Notes: generated from the letters alone by a model not told the origin. A DNA stretch of 64,000 bases from Octopus vulgaris (GCA_951406725.2 OX597831.1:12586001-12650000), one strand, 5' to 3'; positions 1 through 13,450 are shown, counted from the first letter of the stretch. Numbers and translations are program-made.

Positions 1-156
1 TATTACAGTGGAAAGATGATGACTTCTGTGAAATGTTCATGGAAACAAACTAAAATTATTTTTAAAATGTAATGTTTCTTTTCCACTGTTAAAGGTAAAC
101 ATAATAATTATATAACCTGGCAGAAAAAAAAAACAAAAACAAACATGATGGATAAT

Positions 157-372
157 CTTTTCTACTCTAGGCACAAGGTTCAAAATTTTGGGGGAGGACT
201 CCAGTCAATTAGCTCAATCCCAGTATGCAACTGGTACTTAATTTATTGACTCCGAAAGGATGAAAGACAAAGTTGACCCCAGTGAAATTTGAACTCAGAA
301 CATAGAGACAGATGAAATACTGCTAAGCATTTTGCCTGGTGTGCTAACACTTCTGCCAGCTTTCTACCTTAG
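157..372 (-). mobile_element. tRNA-derived SINE, Nin/Deu-domain-like family
   Basis: Minus strand shows a B-box-like GAGTTCAAATT followed by TTTCATCCTTTCGGAGTCAATAAATTAAGTACCAG. Many related copies occur elsewhere in the window. Confidence 0.75.
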
Positions 373-1499
373 AAAACATGATGGATAATGTAGTTCATAT
401 ATGTATATATGTTATGTCTAAATAAAAGAAGGTATGGTCACAGCTGGCAAAATATTGTAGATAGATCTGCTTAATGAAAGATAACCTGGGGCTAAACAAC
501 AAGAGAGAGAGGAGAGAGAGGAGAAAGAGAAAATGATATCAGTTAAGACCTATAAAATAATATTAACTGTAATTTTGTTTTGACTGTCCACAAAATTAGA
601 AGCCTAAACAAATGAATGTATTTAAAGATGAAATTTTACAAGATTTAAAACTTAGCAGACAAAATATTTAGAGAAAAGAATTAAAGAAAACTTTCAATTT
701 GTCATCAACACTCTCATAATTCATTAACATGGTTTAATCAAATTTTAAAATGTCTGAGATGATTTGTTTTTAAGAAGATTAAAATTTTTCAGGTTATTAA
801 CTTTTTTTCAGCATTTACATAGGCAATATAAAACAAGTGTAACTGCTGGAAAATCTTTCAACTGCAACAGACCAAAAAATTATAATCTCATGACTTAACA
901 AATAATAATCTAAACAGATCTTTAAAATTTACAAAATGAAAGAATAAATAATACATTAGTTCTCAGTAAGCAAGAATAAATAGGAAAAAAAAATGGGAAT
1001 TATAATTTGGCTAATGTATAGAAATTGATAACGTTTAAGTTATATTATCAATCAAAATATTAATTTATGGGCTTTTATTCTTTTACTTGCTTCACTCATT
1101 GGACTACAGCCACAATGGGAAACTAGTTTGAAAGGTTTTTAGTTGTTCATGTCAATAGCAGCAGTACTTCTTTCAGTCTAAAAGTTTATTTATTTATTTA
1201 TATACAAATCCCTGTTCATTGAGTGGCTAAATTATAACACATAAAAGAACATAGCATAAATAAAATACCAGTGCAAATAGAAACACAAGAACATACATGT
1301 ATATGTATATGCTGGTTTTAGAATAGCTATACCAAGTCTATGCTGTTAGATCTGGACCTCCATTCCCCTATTCTGAAATAGTAACACTGTGTCTTCACTA
1401 TGAATAAAAAAAAGTTGGCAACAGGAAGAGCATCAGAAAACTCAGCCAACATATGCCTGCAAGAAACAGTGGATATCGTAAAGCTACGATGGCAATGAT

Positions 1500-1760
1500 G
1501 TATATGTGAATTTGTTGTATTGAAAATGTTGCAATAATAAATGAAGTGGTATCTAGACATAAACATCCAATATATATCAGGTATAGGGATGATATGTCCA
1601 TTGTAATGGACACACTGAAAAATACTGAGAAATTAATTGAAGACTTAGAAAACAACTCAATATTAAGATTCAATATCAAGAACAGTAAAAATAATACATC
1701 TTTTAGCAATACAACGATTCCATTTCTAGACATAGATATTCACAGATTCATCCACATCTA
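1500..1760 (+). mobile_element. Penelope-like retroelement RT fragment (decayed)
   Basis: Translation IYIRYRDDMSIV...IPFLDIDI matches the YxDD and FLD motifs of PLE reverse transcriptases. Confidence 0.7.
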
Positions 1761-1788
1761 TTTACACTAAGGACAAAAATAAATGTGT

Positions 1789-1849
<61 letters not shown>

Positions 1850-1989
1850 GTGTGTGTAATAGATACAGTTATAGTTGAGTGATTGTGAAGTTAACTTTAT
1901 AAGGACATGGTTTTGGGTTCTGTCCACTGTGCTGCACCCTTGCCAAGTGTCTTCCACCATCGTTCTGGACTGACTAAATGTATGAAGGA

Positions 1990-3200
1990 AGAACAGAATG
2001 TTTAACAGTTTCTATACATTTGATTCATATAATAAATTTTATGTGTGGTTTGTGCATTTTTATGGAAAGTATTCTCTGATGTTTTTGTTGTATTTATCCT
2101 CTATTCTTCTAGAGCTCAGTTTACAAGTCTGTTAGAATATCTGTGAATTTGTGAATTTCTTTCCCTAGTTCCTTGTTTGTGGATGAGAATATAAATGTTC
2201 TTCTAAGTAATGATTTTTACCACTGACATAGTTGTGTGGGCATCCACTGGTAAATGCATTTGTATGAATCTTTGGTGTATATCATTGAATATATCCACTT
2301 TTTTTCTCTCTGTATGATTGTGCCTAAAATCATGGTCTCATTTGTATTGTTCTAAACGATACATTTTAGAACAGAGTTGTTTGCTAAGTCGTCTTCAAGT
2401 TTCTCAACTTCTTATAATGCATTCATTACCACTAGTATATCATCTATTTATCAGGTGTATATTAAGTGTGGATGTTTTCCGTATTATTCTGTTCTTGATT
2501 GTGGATAAGTAGAAAGCTGCAAACACAGGTCCTAAGTGGAAACCTAAGGCCACTCTATCTATTGTTTGTATAAATTACCAACTTTAGTTGTATACAACAT
2601 GATTAGTGCTTTTTAATAAGTTTTCTGGTATTGCATTGACTTTATATTTAGGTGTTTATATACATTTTTTTTTAATGATTTCTATTCTTTTTTTCACTGG
2701 AAACAAACTCTCTACATCTTACTGTGCAGATGGTACATATTGCATTGGTTTTGTCTAAAATCCATAGAAATTCCTCAGATAATTTTATTCTATATTTTAC
2801 TGGTGTATATTCTTTGATAAAGCTGCATATTTGTTTGGCAACTGAATGTGTAGGCGTATTTATTATGGGATATTAAAAGGTCTGAGGGGAATGTTTTGCT
2901 TGTGCATTCTTACTGCACCACATGTGTTAGGGATAATTCTCCTTTAATGCCTGGAAAGTAAAGTGATACTATTTGAGTGTTTATTGCTGTAATAAACTAC
3001 TTTCATTTTACTTTCAGCTATTTGGTGTTGTCTTTCCTGATTTTAGTGAGTTTGTTTTTGTCGTTGAGTAAATTATTAATTTTAGTATTACATATGTGTC
3101 TCTCTATCCATGATTACGAAAATATTACTTCTGTCACTCTTAACCAAATTTAATATTGTCTTCATCTTTTAAGTTGTTAAGCAGTTTTGAAGAGAGTAGG
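1990..3200 (-). mobile_element. Penelope-like retroelement RT, decayed with stops and frameshifts
   Basis: Minus-strand pieces MHKQNIP..TPTHSVAK, DVESLFP, GNLYKQ/IDRVALGFHLGPVFAAFYLS and RDDILVV correspond to the PLE RT motifs K-HK--P-RPI, SLDVESLFT, YKQIDGVAMGSPLGP and YVDD. Confidence 0.8.
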
Positions 3201-4332
3201 AAGTGGTGAGAAGAGGGTGTAGTGAATGGATAGAAATGAAGGGAGGGTGTGTTATGAGAATATATTGAGGGGAAGGGATTCAACAGAGACATATTGTGTG
3301 CAGGTAGGCTTGCAAAGCTGCGAAGGGAGAGCAGAAGATAGAGGGAAGGTAATACAGCAAATGGTGAACTCAGGTGGGTGGAGAGATGGGAGAGATGTAA
3401 GGAAGATAAATTACTGGGGTGAGATTTGTCAGGGACAGATTATGTACAGGGGCGTGGACATAACATTATTTTATAGTCTCTATAATATACAAAGCTAAGT
3501 GCAGGTATACTCCTAAATGTAGGTTACAGCCTAGTGCTTAGGTGATTGCAATGCAGAATAGGGACACATTGTTTCAAGGAGAGGGTCAGAAGCTTCGTAA
3601 CTTTCCCTTTTTTACTTCTGAGAGAAAGTCTAAGAATACCATAGGACCCTAGAACTGCAACAGACCCTGGAATGAGTTATGGATTAGAAAATGAATTAAT
3701 GTAGAGTGATAATGAAAATTTGCACAGTTTTGTAAAAAGTAAAAAGGAAATAGAAAACATTGACTCCCAAGAATGTAAAACAATAAAAATTATATTAAAC
3801 ATTTTAAATTTATACATTTTGTTTTTGGTGGGGTTTTCTATTTTCATATTCTCTTTTTCTTTTTGCACACTTTTATGAAGCTCAACTTAAGACCACCTTT
3901 TCAGAGAATGAATATTTCTGGATAAACTGAAATTGTCAGTATCTTTGCAATGCAATAAACACCGAAGAGGCTTAGAAGATATAGCTGCATATGAATGTGT
4001 GTGTGTGTGGTATGCATGCATGTGTGTGCATATAATGCAATCAAATTTCTTAATGAAGCGATTGTAGCTAATCTGTATAATCCATTCATTTTTGTTTATT
4101 GTTATTTTAAACCACCCTAAAGTTCTCTAGAAATTTGGATACACCTGGAGTTGCAGATTACTGAAAACCACTGGACTGGTTGAATTGTTTACTTGTTGAT
4201 TTGTATTTTACCATATAACCATTAATGTGGTGTGCTTCTCTTCAATAAGCCCCAATAGAAATTGATCCTTAGTAATCTCTCTCTCTCTAAATATACCTTT
4301 GAAACAAAAAATGTAAGGCATAACTGCTTTTC

Positions 4333-4380
4333 CACACACACACACACACACACAAACATATCTATCTATCTATCTATCTA

Positions 4381-4462
<82 letters not shown>

Positions 4463-4465
4463 TAT
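4333..4465. repeat. Compound microsatellite (CA)n-(TCTA)n-(TC)n-(TA)n-(CA)n
   Basis: Directly visible. Confidence 0.95.
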
Positions 4466-5024
4466 GATGGCACATGGCTTAGTGGCTAGGGTGTATTTAG
4501 ATGAGATGAATATTAAAATGTATAAAATTTGGGAAGTATTCAGTATGTCAGCATACATAATATTAGGAAATATGACAGGCATACAATAATTATAATTTAA
4601 CCTATATGAAATATTTTGGTAATTATACAAAATGATGAAATAACTGTTAAATGTTAAAAGTAAAATATTACCTTAAAATAAATAAAATAAAATAAATTTC
4701 TCATTTGTATAACTTCTCCCATAAATATTCTACTATAAACTCCCTATTCACTTCCTCCTCTATTTCTATGATCCTTTCTTTCTCTTTCACTGCATGTGTG
4801 TATTGCATTTTTTACTCATTGCCTGCCACAAAGCCTATTATACGCACACATCTTGCACCTCTTATATGAACTCTCATTGTATCTCTCCCACCCTATCTCA
4901 ATAAAATGTAAAGCCCGACTGGAGAAATCAACCAACCACCCAATAAAAATTTATATCAGCTGTTATTACATACAGATACATATGCACAGACACATATATA
5001 CATGCACATATAACTCACTCTATC

Positions 5025-5085
5025 TGCATACATACATACATACATACATACATACATACATACATACATACATACATACATACAT

Positions 5086-5133
<48 letters not shown>
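5025..5133. repeat. (TACA)n-(TA)n microsatellite
   Basis: Directly visible. Confidence 0.95.
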
Positions 5134-5136
<3 letters not shown>

Positions 5137-5540
5137 TGTATACAAATTTATGTAATATATACATACATATGTGTGTGTGTGTGTGAGATCATCATTGTCA
5201 TTGTAGTTTTAACAACTTTTCCATGCTGACATATATCAAATAGAATTTCTTGCAGCTGATTTCTAAGGCTAGATGCCTTTCCTGTAGCTAACCCTCACCT
5301 GTTTCTAAGCAATATATTTTCCCCCTAAGCCTCGATATGATTTTACAGAAGATTGGAAAGGAACCACTCCGTCAGTGATATGCATTTGCAACTATCATGC
5401 TATGACAAGACAAGTGCACAGGCACACACACACACAACATACTTCTTTCAGTTTCTATCAAATCTGTGAATGTATTTATATACACATTATATACATGCAC
5501 ATACACACTCACTACAAATATGTGTATGCAAGTGTGTGTG

Positions 5541-5574
<34 letters not shown>

Positions 5575-7479
5575 TAGATAGATAGATAGATAGGCACATA
5601 CATATATACAAACATACACATGCGTGCACACACACCACACATTTACGAAGACAATGAAACAATGTTAATTGATCTAAGAAGGTGAAGTACCAAACTCTCC
5701 AAAAAATTCAGCCAAAAGTTCACGTTGACTTCCTCAATTTAATAGCAGTTTTTCATTGTGAGGATATAGGGTTGTAACAGTAATAATAATAATAATAACA
5801 ATAACAATAATAGTAATAATAATAGTAATAATAATAGTAATAGTGTTGGAAGATGTAGTAACAACAACTGTGGTGTGAAGTGGGTGTTGATGAAGACAAC
5901 AAGCACAGCAATTATAATGTTGCCCAATGGCACCAAATTTTCCAGCTGAGAGACATACAGCACACAACCAAATTAAATTCATACCTATTATATTATCAAT
6001 AACTATTTCAATGAGTAAATACACATAGTGTAATAAAAGACTTTTTTTTTCCATTCATGGGATTTGAACTCATAAAGTAAAGAGATGTTACTAAACTGGC
6101 GAAAGGTACTTTGCCAAGTGATCTACTCTATGTTTTTGGAGGGTATTTATATTGATGCAAGATCACATATTCATATATGAACTGAATGCTGAAGTGCATA
6201 TTATTAGTATTTATTAAGTATATATTATTAGCACTTAATCATTGGCCCTCAATGATACAAAATGCAAAATTAGTACTGATAGTATTTATACCTTAAGAAT
6301 GTAGAGGAACAAACTTAACTCAGAAACTACTATTTCTGTCAATTAGATTGCCTTGCTTAGGGCTATAGTTTCAGATAAAGTTTATATGTTAATTAAATCA
6401 ACCTCAGTATTCGAATGGTCCTTTATTTGATTGATTTCAGAAGGAAGAAAGGAAGTTCATCACAGCAGCATCTAAACTCAGAATGTAAAATTCTTCCAAA
6501 TTTTGGTACAAGGCCAACAATAATTAAAAGGAGGAGTAAGTCAATTACATTAACCCCAGTGCTTAATTAGAACATATTTTATCAACTTCAAAAGAATGAA
6601 AGCCAAAGTTGACTTCAGTTTCATTTGAACTCAGAACATGAGAGCCAGAAGAAAAGCCACTAGGCATTTTGTCCAATATTCTGAGGATTCTACCAGCTCG
6701 TTGCCTTAACTCAATATGTAAAATGCCATAACGAAATACTGCAAAATATTTCATCTGATGCTCTAATGATTTTGCCATTTCTAATAATATAACAACTAAA
6801 GGAATGGTTGTTAGCTTTAGCACAGGGCATAAAATTGAATGATACCTATTTTATTAATCCTAGAATGGTGAAACACAAATATATCTGATGTAGGATTTGA
6901 ACTCATAATATAAAGATGTCTAACTACCATAAGGTATTTTGTCCACTACTCTGTCACTTCTGCAATCTATTATAATAATTCTTTCGACCAAAGGCACAAG
7001 GCCTGAAATTTTGGGAGTGTAAATGAATGAAAGGCAATGTGAACCTCAGCAGAATTTGAACTCAGAATGTTAAAGCTGAAGAAAACCCACAAAGCATTTT
7101 GTCTGGCATGTTAACAATTCTGCTAAATAGTAATAATAATAGAAATTTTCAACAGAGACAAATGAAGAGGATTGGGTACAATTGATTAAAATGAACTTAG
7201 TATTTAATGACCAGAGAGAGTATCAATCCCTAAAGAGGATTATTAACAACAATAATAACAAAGGTTTCTAACAAAGTCGCAAGGGAGTGAGTTGGTTGAT
7301 TGTATTGATGTCCAGTACTTGGCTATAGTATTGATTCCATTCACACTGAGTTTTCACAACTAAAATCAATTCCAGAAGGATGGCAGGTATTGTTGACCTA
7401 AGCAAGGATTGAACTTAGACCATACAGAGACAAAAATATGGCAAAGAAATTTTTGACCACCACCTCCACCACCAATAAC

Positions 7480-7528
<49 letters not shown>

Positions 7529-7567
7529 TTAATGATAATAATAATGATGATGATGATGATGATAATA

Positions 7568-7940
7568 ACAACAAAAGCACGCAGAGAGCGCAAACCTGTG
7601 CCAAGGCAACACCAACATCCACTCAATGATTAGCCGGAGATGATTTTTAAAATGAGAATATCTGAAATAAACTAGATTGCTCTCACAAATGAGAATACTA
7701 AAAATGAACCTGAGTGCTCTCAAAAATTAAGTAAAGAAATCAGGAAAAATAATCGAGAATCCTTGTCCAGTACTGGATTGATCCCAAAATCTAATCAGTT
7801 TGTGCCAGTCACAAGGCCAACCATCCCTGAATGTTTCATGTGAATCCATCTGGCGGTTCTTAAGATATCTTGTCTACAGACAAACAAACAAACAAACACA
7901 ACTGAAAACAATACCACTGCTTTTGCTATGATGGAAGTAA
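7568..7940 (+). mobile_element. Helentron-associated non-autonomous element (HINE/DINE-1-like)
   Basis: Starts ACAAAAGCACGCAGAGAGCGCAAACC. The 3' part has TTTCATGTGAATCCATCTGGCGGTTCTTAAGATATC, an (ACAA)n microsatellite, AAAACAATACC and a degenerate terminal hairpin. It is inserted in an AT-rich repeat. Confidence 0.55.
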
Positions 7941-8119
7941 TAATAATAATAACAGCAATAAAGATAATAATAATTCTTTCTACTATAGACACAAAACCTA
8001 AAATTTTGATGGGAGGGAATAATCCATTACATCGAACCAAGTATTTAACTGTTACTTATTTCATAGATTCCGAAAGGATGAAGGACAATGGGGATTTGCA
8101 TGAACAAGAAATGTGTGAA

Positions 8120-8430
8120 CAATTGAAACAATAACAGTTAATAAAAATTTCTGACAAGCAAATTTCCCCCAGTAGGAGCAGGAAACACTGATTAGGGGCA
8201 ATAAAAGAAACCTACAGATCACGAGCCACCTTACCCACCAAGAGTACCTTGGCAAATGCTTCTTTCTCTTCCTTACTCTCCAGCCTATAGGTACCGGCTT
8301 AGAGTAGGCCCACTCACTTGAACCATCCTTATCGCATTCACCCAGCTTTCAACAAATTTACTGGGGGTAGTGGGGAGAATACATCCCTTTCAAACCTCAC
8401 CTTCCTTTTCAAATGGAACTCTAAAAAAAT
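8120..8430 (-). mobile_element. Tx1/L1-clade LINE 3' end (ORF2 C-terminus plus UTR remnant)
   Basis: Minus strand reads FHLKRKVRFERDVFS, then after a frameshift SKFVESWVNAIRMVQVSGPTLSRYL*, resembling Tx1-type ORF2 C-termini. Confidence 0.45.
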
Positions 8431-8884
8431 TTTATGAGTGCTTGGCCAAAGAGAAAAGTGAGAATTTCTAACAAAATCACTGCAAATTTGGTGACAGTGA
8501 TATTTTGTCAATGAAATTACCAATAGTAGACTTTATCCACCCCAAAGGATAAAAGGCAAAGTTGACCTCAACAGAATGTGAACTCAGAATGCAATGATGG
8601 GCGAAATACCATTCAACATTTCGTCCAGCATGCTAACGATTCTGCCAGCTCACCACGTTAGTAATAATAATAACAATGGTTTCAAATTTTGGCACAAGGC
8701 CAGCAAGTTTGGGGGAAGGGGTAAGTCGATTACACTGACCCCAGTGCTCAACTGGTGTTTATTTTATTGACCCAGAAAGGATGAAAGACAGACAACCTCG
8801 GCGGAATTTGAACTCAGAAAATAAAGATCAAAATGCTGCTAAGTATTTTGACTGGCATGCTAATGAGCCAGCCAGCTTGCCACC

Positions 8885-8946
<62 letters not shown>

Positions 8947-9172
8947 TGTTACAAATTTTTCCACAAGGGCAGCAATTTTGGGGGAGGGGATGAGTTGACC
9001 TCAGTGTTCAACTGGTACTTATTTTATCGACCGCAAAAGGATGAAAGGTAAAGTTGACATCGGTGGAATTTGAACTCAGGAAATAGTGACAGGGGAAATA
9101 CCACTAAGCATTTCGTCCTGTGTGCTAACAATTCTGTCAGTTCAACACCTTAATAATAGTAATAATAATGAT

Positions 9173-9229
<57 letters not shown>

Positions 9230-9249
9230 TATAATAATAATAATAATAC

Positions 9250-9287
<38 letters not shown>

Positions 9288-10159
9288 ATTTCTTCTATAA
9301 TAATAATGATGATAATAATTTTAAATTTTGGCAAAAGGCTAACAGGTTTCAGTGAGGGGCTAAGTTGATAACATCGACCCCAGTGCTCAATTGGTGCTTA
9401 TTCTACTGACCCAGAGAGGATGAAAGGCAAAGTTAACTTTAGTGAAATTTGAACACAGAATTTAAAGTCAGGATACTGTTGAGCAATTTTTCTGGTGCGG
9501 TAATGAATCTGCCAGCTCGCCACCTTCATAATGGTAATAATAATCCTTTCTACTAAAGGCACAAGGCCTGAAATTTATAGGATGGGGACTAATTGACTAC
9601 ATTGGCCCTAGTATTTCACTGGTACTTAATTTATTGACCCTGAAAGGTTGAAAAGTAAAGTCAACATCAGCAGAATTTGAACTCAGATCATAGAGACGGA
9701 CAAAATGTTGCTAAGCATTTTGTCTGGAATGCTAACAATTCTGCTAGCTTTCCACCTTAATAATGATAATAATAATAACAATAACAACAAAAACATTCAG
9801 CTATACAGGGCTTCCAATGCTTCCATTAGTTGGGGCTTATTATTATTATTATCATTAATATTATTCCTAACATTAGCACCTGGCCACACATATGCAAAGA
9901 ATAGGTCAGTCGATTGTGTCTACTCCATTCCAGTACAAATCACAGATAATACAAACTTCTAATGATGATTTTTAACACTGGTAGTACTCACAAGAGAAGA
10001 ATTAAAATATCATAAAAGGTAAAGGTTAAAATGTTGCTATTGTTTCAGAATAAGAGAAGAAAGAAAGCTAGTGTTGAGATCAATATGTAGAACAGACAAT
10101 CAGATGATAAACAGAGTTTTCAAGTAAGCACACAGCTATCAGGCATATAATAACATATG

Positions 10160-10418
10160 GATATACAATATATATACATATTATATCATTACACATGCAT
10201 ACATATATATATAAAACAACACACGCACACATTCACACACATATTATATATACAGGTATATATGTTTATATATACACACACACACAAAATTAGACATATA
10301 TACACATAAAACTATACATACACATATAAAACTACATAGATGTATATATGTGTGTGTGTATATATGTGTGCGTGTGTATGTATACATATATGTGAGTGTA
10401 TGTATATATATATGTATG

Positions 10419-10449
<31 letters not shown>

Positions 10450-10538
10450 GTCTGTGTGTGTATATGTTACTATACACACACATATGTGTGTGTGTATGTG
10501 TGTATATATAACTATACACACACATGTGTGCATGTGTC

Positions 10539-10590
<52 letters not shown>
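10160..10590. repeat. Complex (TA)/(CA)/(TG) low-complexity tract
   Basis: Directly visible; it is the source of several spurious ORFs. Confidence 0.9.
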
Positions 10591-10595
<5 letters not shown>

Positions 10596-11772
10596 TACCA
10601 TTTAACTTTACTTGATTACAATAGAGAGAAGAATCTCTGCGTATTTACTACAAAACTAATTGCTGTACTGTAACAGAATGTAACGATTATCTGAGACAGC
10701 TGTAAAATGGCATTTTGTAAATTACTTTTTTTTTCTAAACCACACACTACACATATCATAAGAAAGATTATAAAAATACTTAAAATTTATCAAGCATTTT
10801 TAGAAGTAGTAATAATATAGAAAGACATTTTAAAATTCTTATCTTCTTATCTTTGTCTCGTAGGTGTGTCTTGTTTGTACAATATTTAAACTGCATAAAT
10901 ATTTATATATACATTATGCACATGTAGAACACAAGCATTCATGGATAAAATGATTTTGCTAATAAGCAAATATTATTCAGCTAAAATTGTTTCATTAATT
11001 TGTACTCAAAGAATGGGTGGGAGTGGGATAGTCAATTTTTAAGATACCTAGGATGAGTAGATATCGAAATTCAAAGTTAGAGTAACTTGATCTTTACATG
11101 ATGTAGATCTTAATTATAGAACAAAAAAATATATTGATATCAAAAGATAAATTAAGTGATAAATATAATAATGACAAAAAGATAAAAGAAAGGGATGACT
11201 AACGTGATATAAAGATTGACAAATGTTTAAGATAACACATGCTAAATATAATACAATAAAATAATACAAGAAGAAAAAAGTTCTTAGTATGATATTTCAG
11301 CTGAATGGATCTGGAGTAGATATGTGAGAGGAGCAATATCATACACAAATTTTAGAGAGATGGTAAGAATAAATAAACACTTGTGATAGCATAAAATCAG
11401 ACTACGTTCTAATCACATGTTTAAAAAACTGAAGGAGAGAAACTAAACTAAAAGTATGTCTTTTTAATTCAATATAATTTAAAATTACAATTATACAATT
11501 TTAACAATATATAGCAAAAATAAAGAAAAAATTAAAATAGAGAATAAATCAACAATGCTGGAAACTTAAAGTTACTTATGGGTTAATTTGTTTTATGTTA
11601 TTTATTTAACTATTTATTTTGTAAAAACTATCACACTTGTCTTTTGAACCAAAGCATTTAAAAACAATTAAATATATTCCTATAATGTTTAGAAAACATG
11701 AAAAATCTTAACATGGAGAAGATAGTAACAGAGATGAAGCGATGGCAAAAGGATTATCCATAGATAATATAC

Positions 11773-12677
11773 CTGTTGGCATTATTAATTGCAACATAAT
11801 GTTTGTCTTCTTCAGTTGGTAGCCGTACGTCAATTGAGCTAGACCGAGGTTGGACTGGCACTTCAAGAAATTCATTTCCACTCAAGGAAGATTTCCAAGA
11901 ATCAGAAGGTGACACTTGTAAACATCCAGTGTCAACAGAGGATGAACGTTGCGACTTAACTGTCGGCACTTCAAGGGTCAAGACATTAATATAAGATATT
12001 TCTTCAAGTTGGTTATCATTTGAAGGCCTCAGCTCATTTGGTGACTTTATCAAAAGAGGGGGGCTTGACAGAGAAGGACTATCCTGAATATTATCTGGAG
12101 AATGTGTTTCCAGTAAAGAAAGGGCAGATATACTGCATTCTGAATTGTCATCTTTGTCACTATAGTCACTGTCAGCTGGAAGATCAGATGATGAAGAATA
12201 CAGAGATTCACATGAAGAAGTAAACACTCCCGGATAGTCAGATGTCAGCAAATCTAGTTGTTGACTGGTTTTATCACTAAGGACAGTATCTAATTCTTGA
12301 TTTGATAGGGTTTCAAGGTGTATGCAGTGTATGCACAGTTTAGGAATTTCATAAGAAGCACGTCTCCACTTAAGAAGTTTTTTGCCTGAATTAGTTTCCT
12401 GGTCTGAAATACCTTCATCAGATGATATAGCGATATTAGCGGTAACATCAAAGGAATTAGATCGGCGCCCGGTATTGGGGACTTTTAAAAATTCTTGGTT
12501 GTCTTTATTAGGAAGGCTGCTTGTGTCAAAGCTAGATGAACGTACACGTGCTTCTGAAGGTAACTGAAGCAGACTTTTATTTGCATCATCTTTTGCAGCA
12601 GCTTCTTGTCGAGATATACATAGTTTGGGAACTTCAAATGAGAGTGAAAAATTGCAATTTTTTTTTAGCCGGTTCAT
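11773..12677 (-). CDS. rdgA: First coding exon of an RdgA-like (eye-specific, type IV zeta/iota) diacylglycerol kinase: N-terminal disordered extension
   Basis: The only long non-repetitive ORF (307 aa read through). It has an in-frame TAA 5 codons upstream of the ATG and a donor AACAG|GTATAT after 11773 (phase 2). The motif series MNRLK, SFEVPK, RSSSFD, FLKVP, RSNSFD, CIHCIHLE, LEVP..RSSSVD, FLEVP..RSSSIDVRLPTEEDKHY parallels recalled Drosophila RdgA motifs MQRLR, SLEVPK, RSASFD, FLQVP, RSHSFD, CIHCHYLE, LMVP..RAASVD, FLTVP..RSRSVDIVLPTDEQARY. No catalytic-domain exons were recognised in the window. Confidence 0.8.
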
Positions 12678-13450
12678 GATAACATTTGTTTATGTTCATA
12701 AATTGAAATACGATGAAACATGGGAAGAAAGGAAGAAAAAAGGGAGGAAATAATAACAATAACACATAGCTACTAGTAATAGTTGCTCCATGTTGCATGA
12801 CAAAGCATGCCAAATAGTAAATCACATTAAGTTAGGTGATTGGTACCTTCTTTCTTTCTTTTATCAAAATGTTTTCATTGATTCTAAAAAGATCCATTGC
12901 TTGGCCATGTTAGCTGTTTACAATCTTAAACTGCTGGCCGTGGATTCAGTATGATATAGAAGACTAGCAGTAGTTATATACACTCTCTTCACTTTTATTC
13001 TGCCAACCTCCACAGATGTGAGCGGTGAGTTTGCTATAGCTGATGCTGATGATACTTAACGACAAACTGAACTCAGGTACAATTAAAAGAGATGGAAACC
13101 AGACTTTCCGTCCGCAAATCTCCATTAAAATTAACCTCACTTAGACAAAAATCTTGTTTACATTTGTGTGTAGCACATTGCTATAGGAGGACATAAGAGA
13201 ATGTTTGGCAATCTCTCTTTCTTCACTGTTGTTAGCTGCTAGCATAGAGAATTGTAGAGGCTTCTCTCTCTCCTGCATACTAAGGTATCAGCATGCATTA
13301 CAACCAGCAGCCTACACAGACTGCAAGAGAGAAGAAATCTGAAAGGGAGGAGACCGATGGGGATAGGCTGAGAGAAAGAGATGGAAAACGTGAGCTGTTA
13401 TAGCAGTAGCAGTAGCTAACTATCCTGTTTTTGTCAATGCATTTTCACAT
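12678..13450 (-). promoter_or_regulatory. Probable 5' UTR or proximal regulatory region of the RdgA-like exon, with a candidate 3' splice site at 13321
   Basis: Repeat-free unique sequence upstream of the ATG. The minus strand carries a long pyrimidine tract CTCCTCCCTTTCAGATTTCTTCTCTCTTGCAG ending at 13321. Confidence 0.4.

Larger units (their letters stand above)
6490..9760 (-). mobile_element. Cluster of about 8 same-orientation Nin/Deu-like tRNA-SINE copies separated by (AAT)n tracts
   Basis: Recurring GGATGAAAGGCAAAGTTGAC...GAATTTGAACTCAGAA units at about 6490-6700, 6975-7130, 7975-8110, 8530-8660, 8675-8888, 8950-9150, 9320-9530 and 9543-9760. Confidence 0.8.

Noticed and set aside
5734-6054. 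Cys/His-rich peptide GQHYNCCACCLHQH as a possible DGK C1-domain exon
   Set aside because: The spacing does not fit a C1 domain, the frame runs into an (ATT)n repeat, and no convincing donor site was found.
7366-7723. Poly-N/I/L ORFs
   Set aside because: Translations of (AAT)n/(GAT)n trinucleotide repeats.
11754-11772. Last codons (YIIYG*) of the 307-aa ORF as a single-exon gene end
   Set aside because: A good AG|GTAT donor lies right where RdgA similarity ends, so this is more likely intron read-through.
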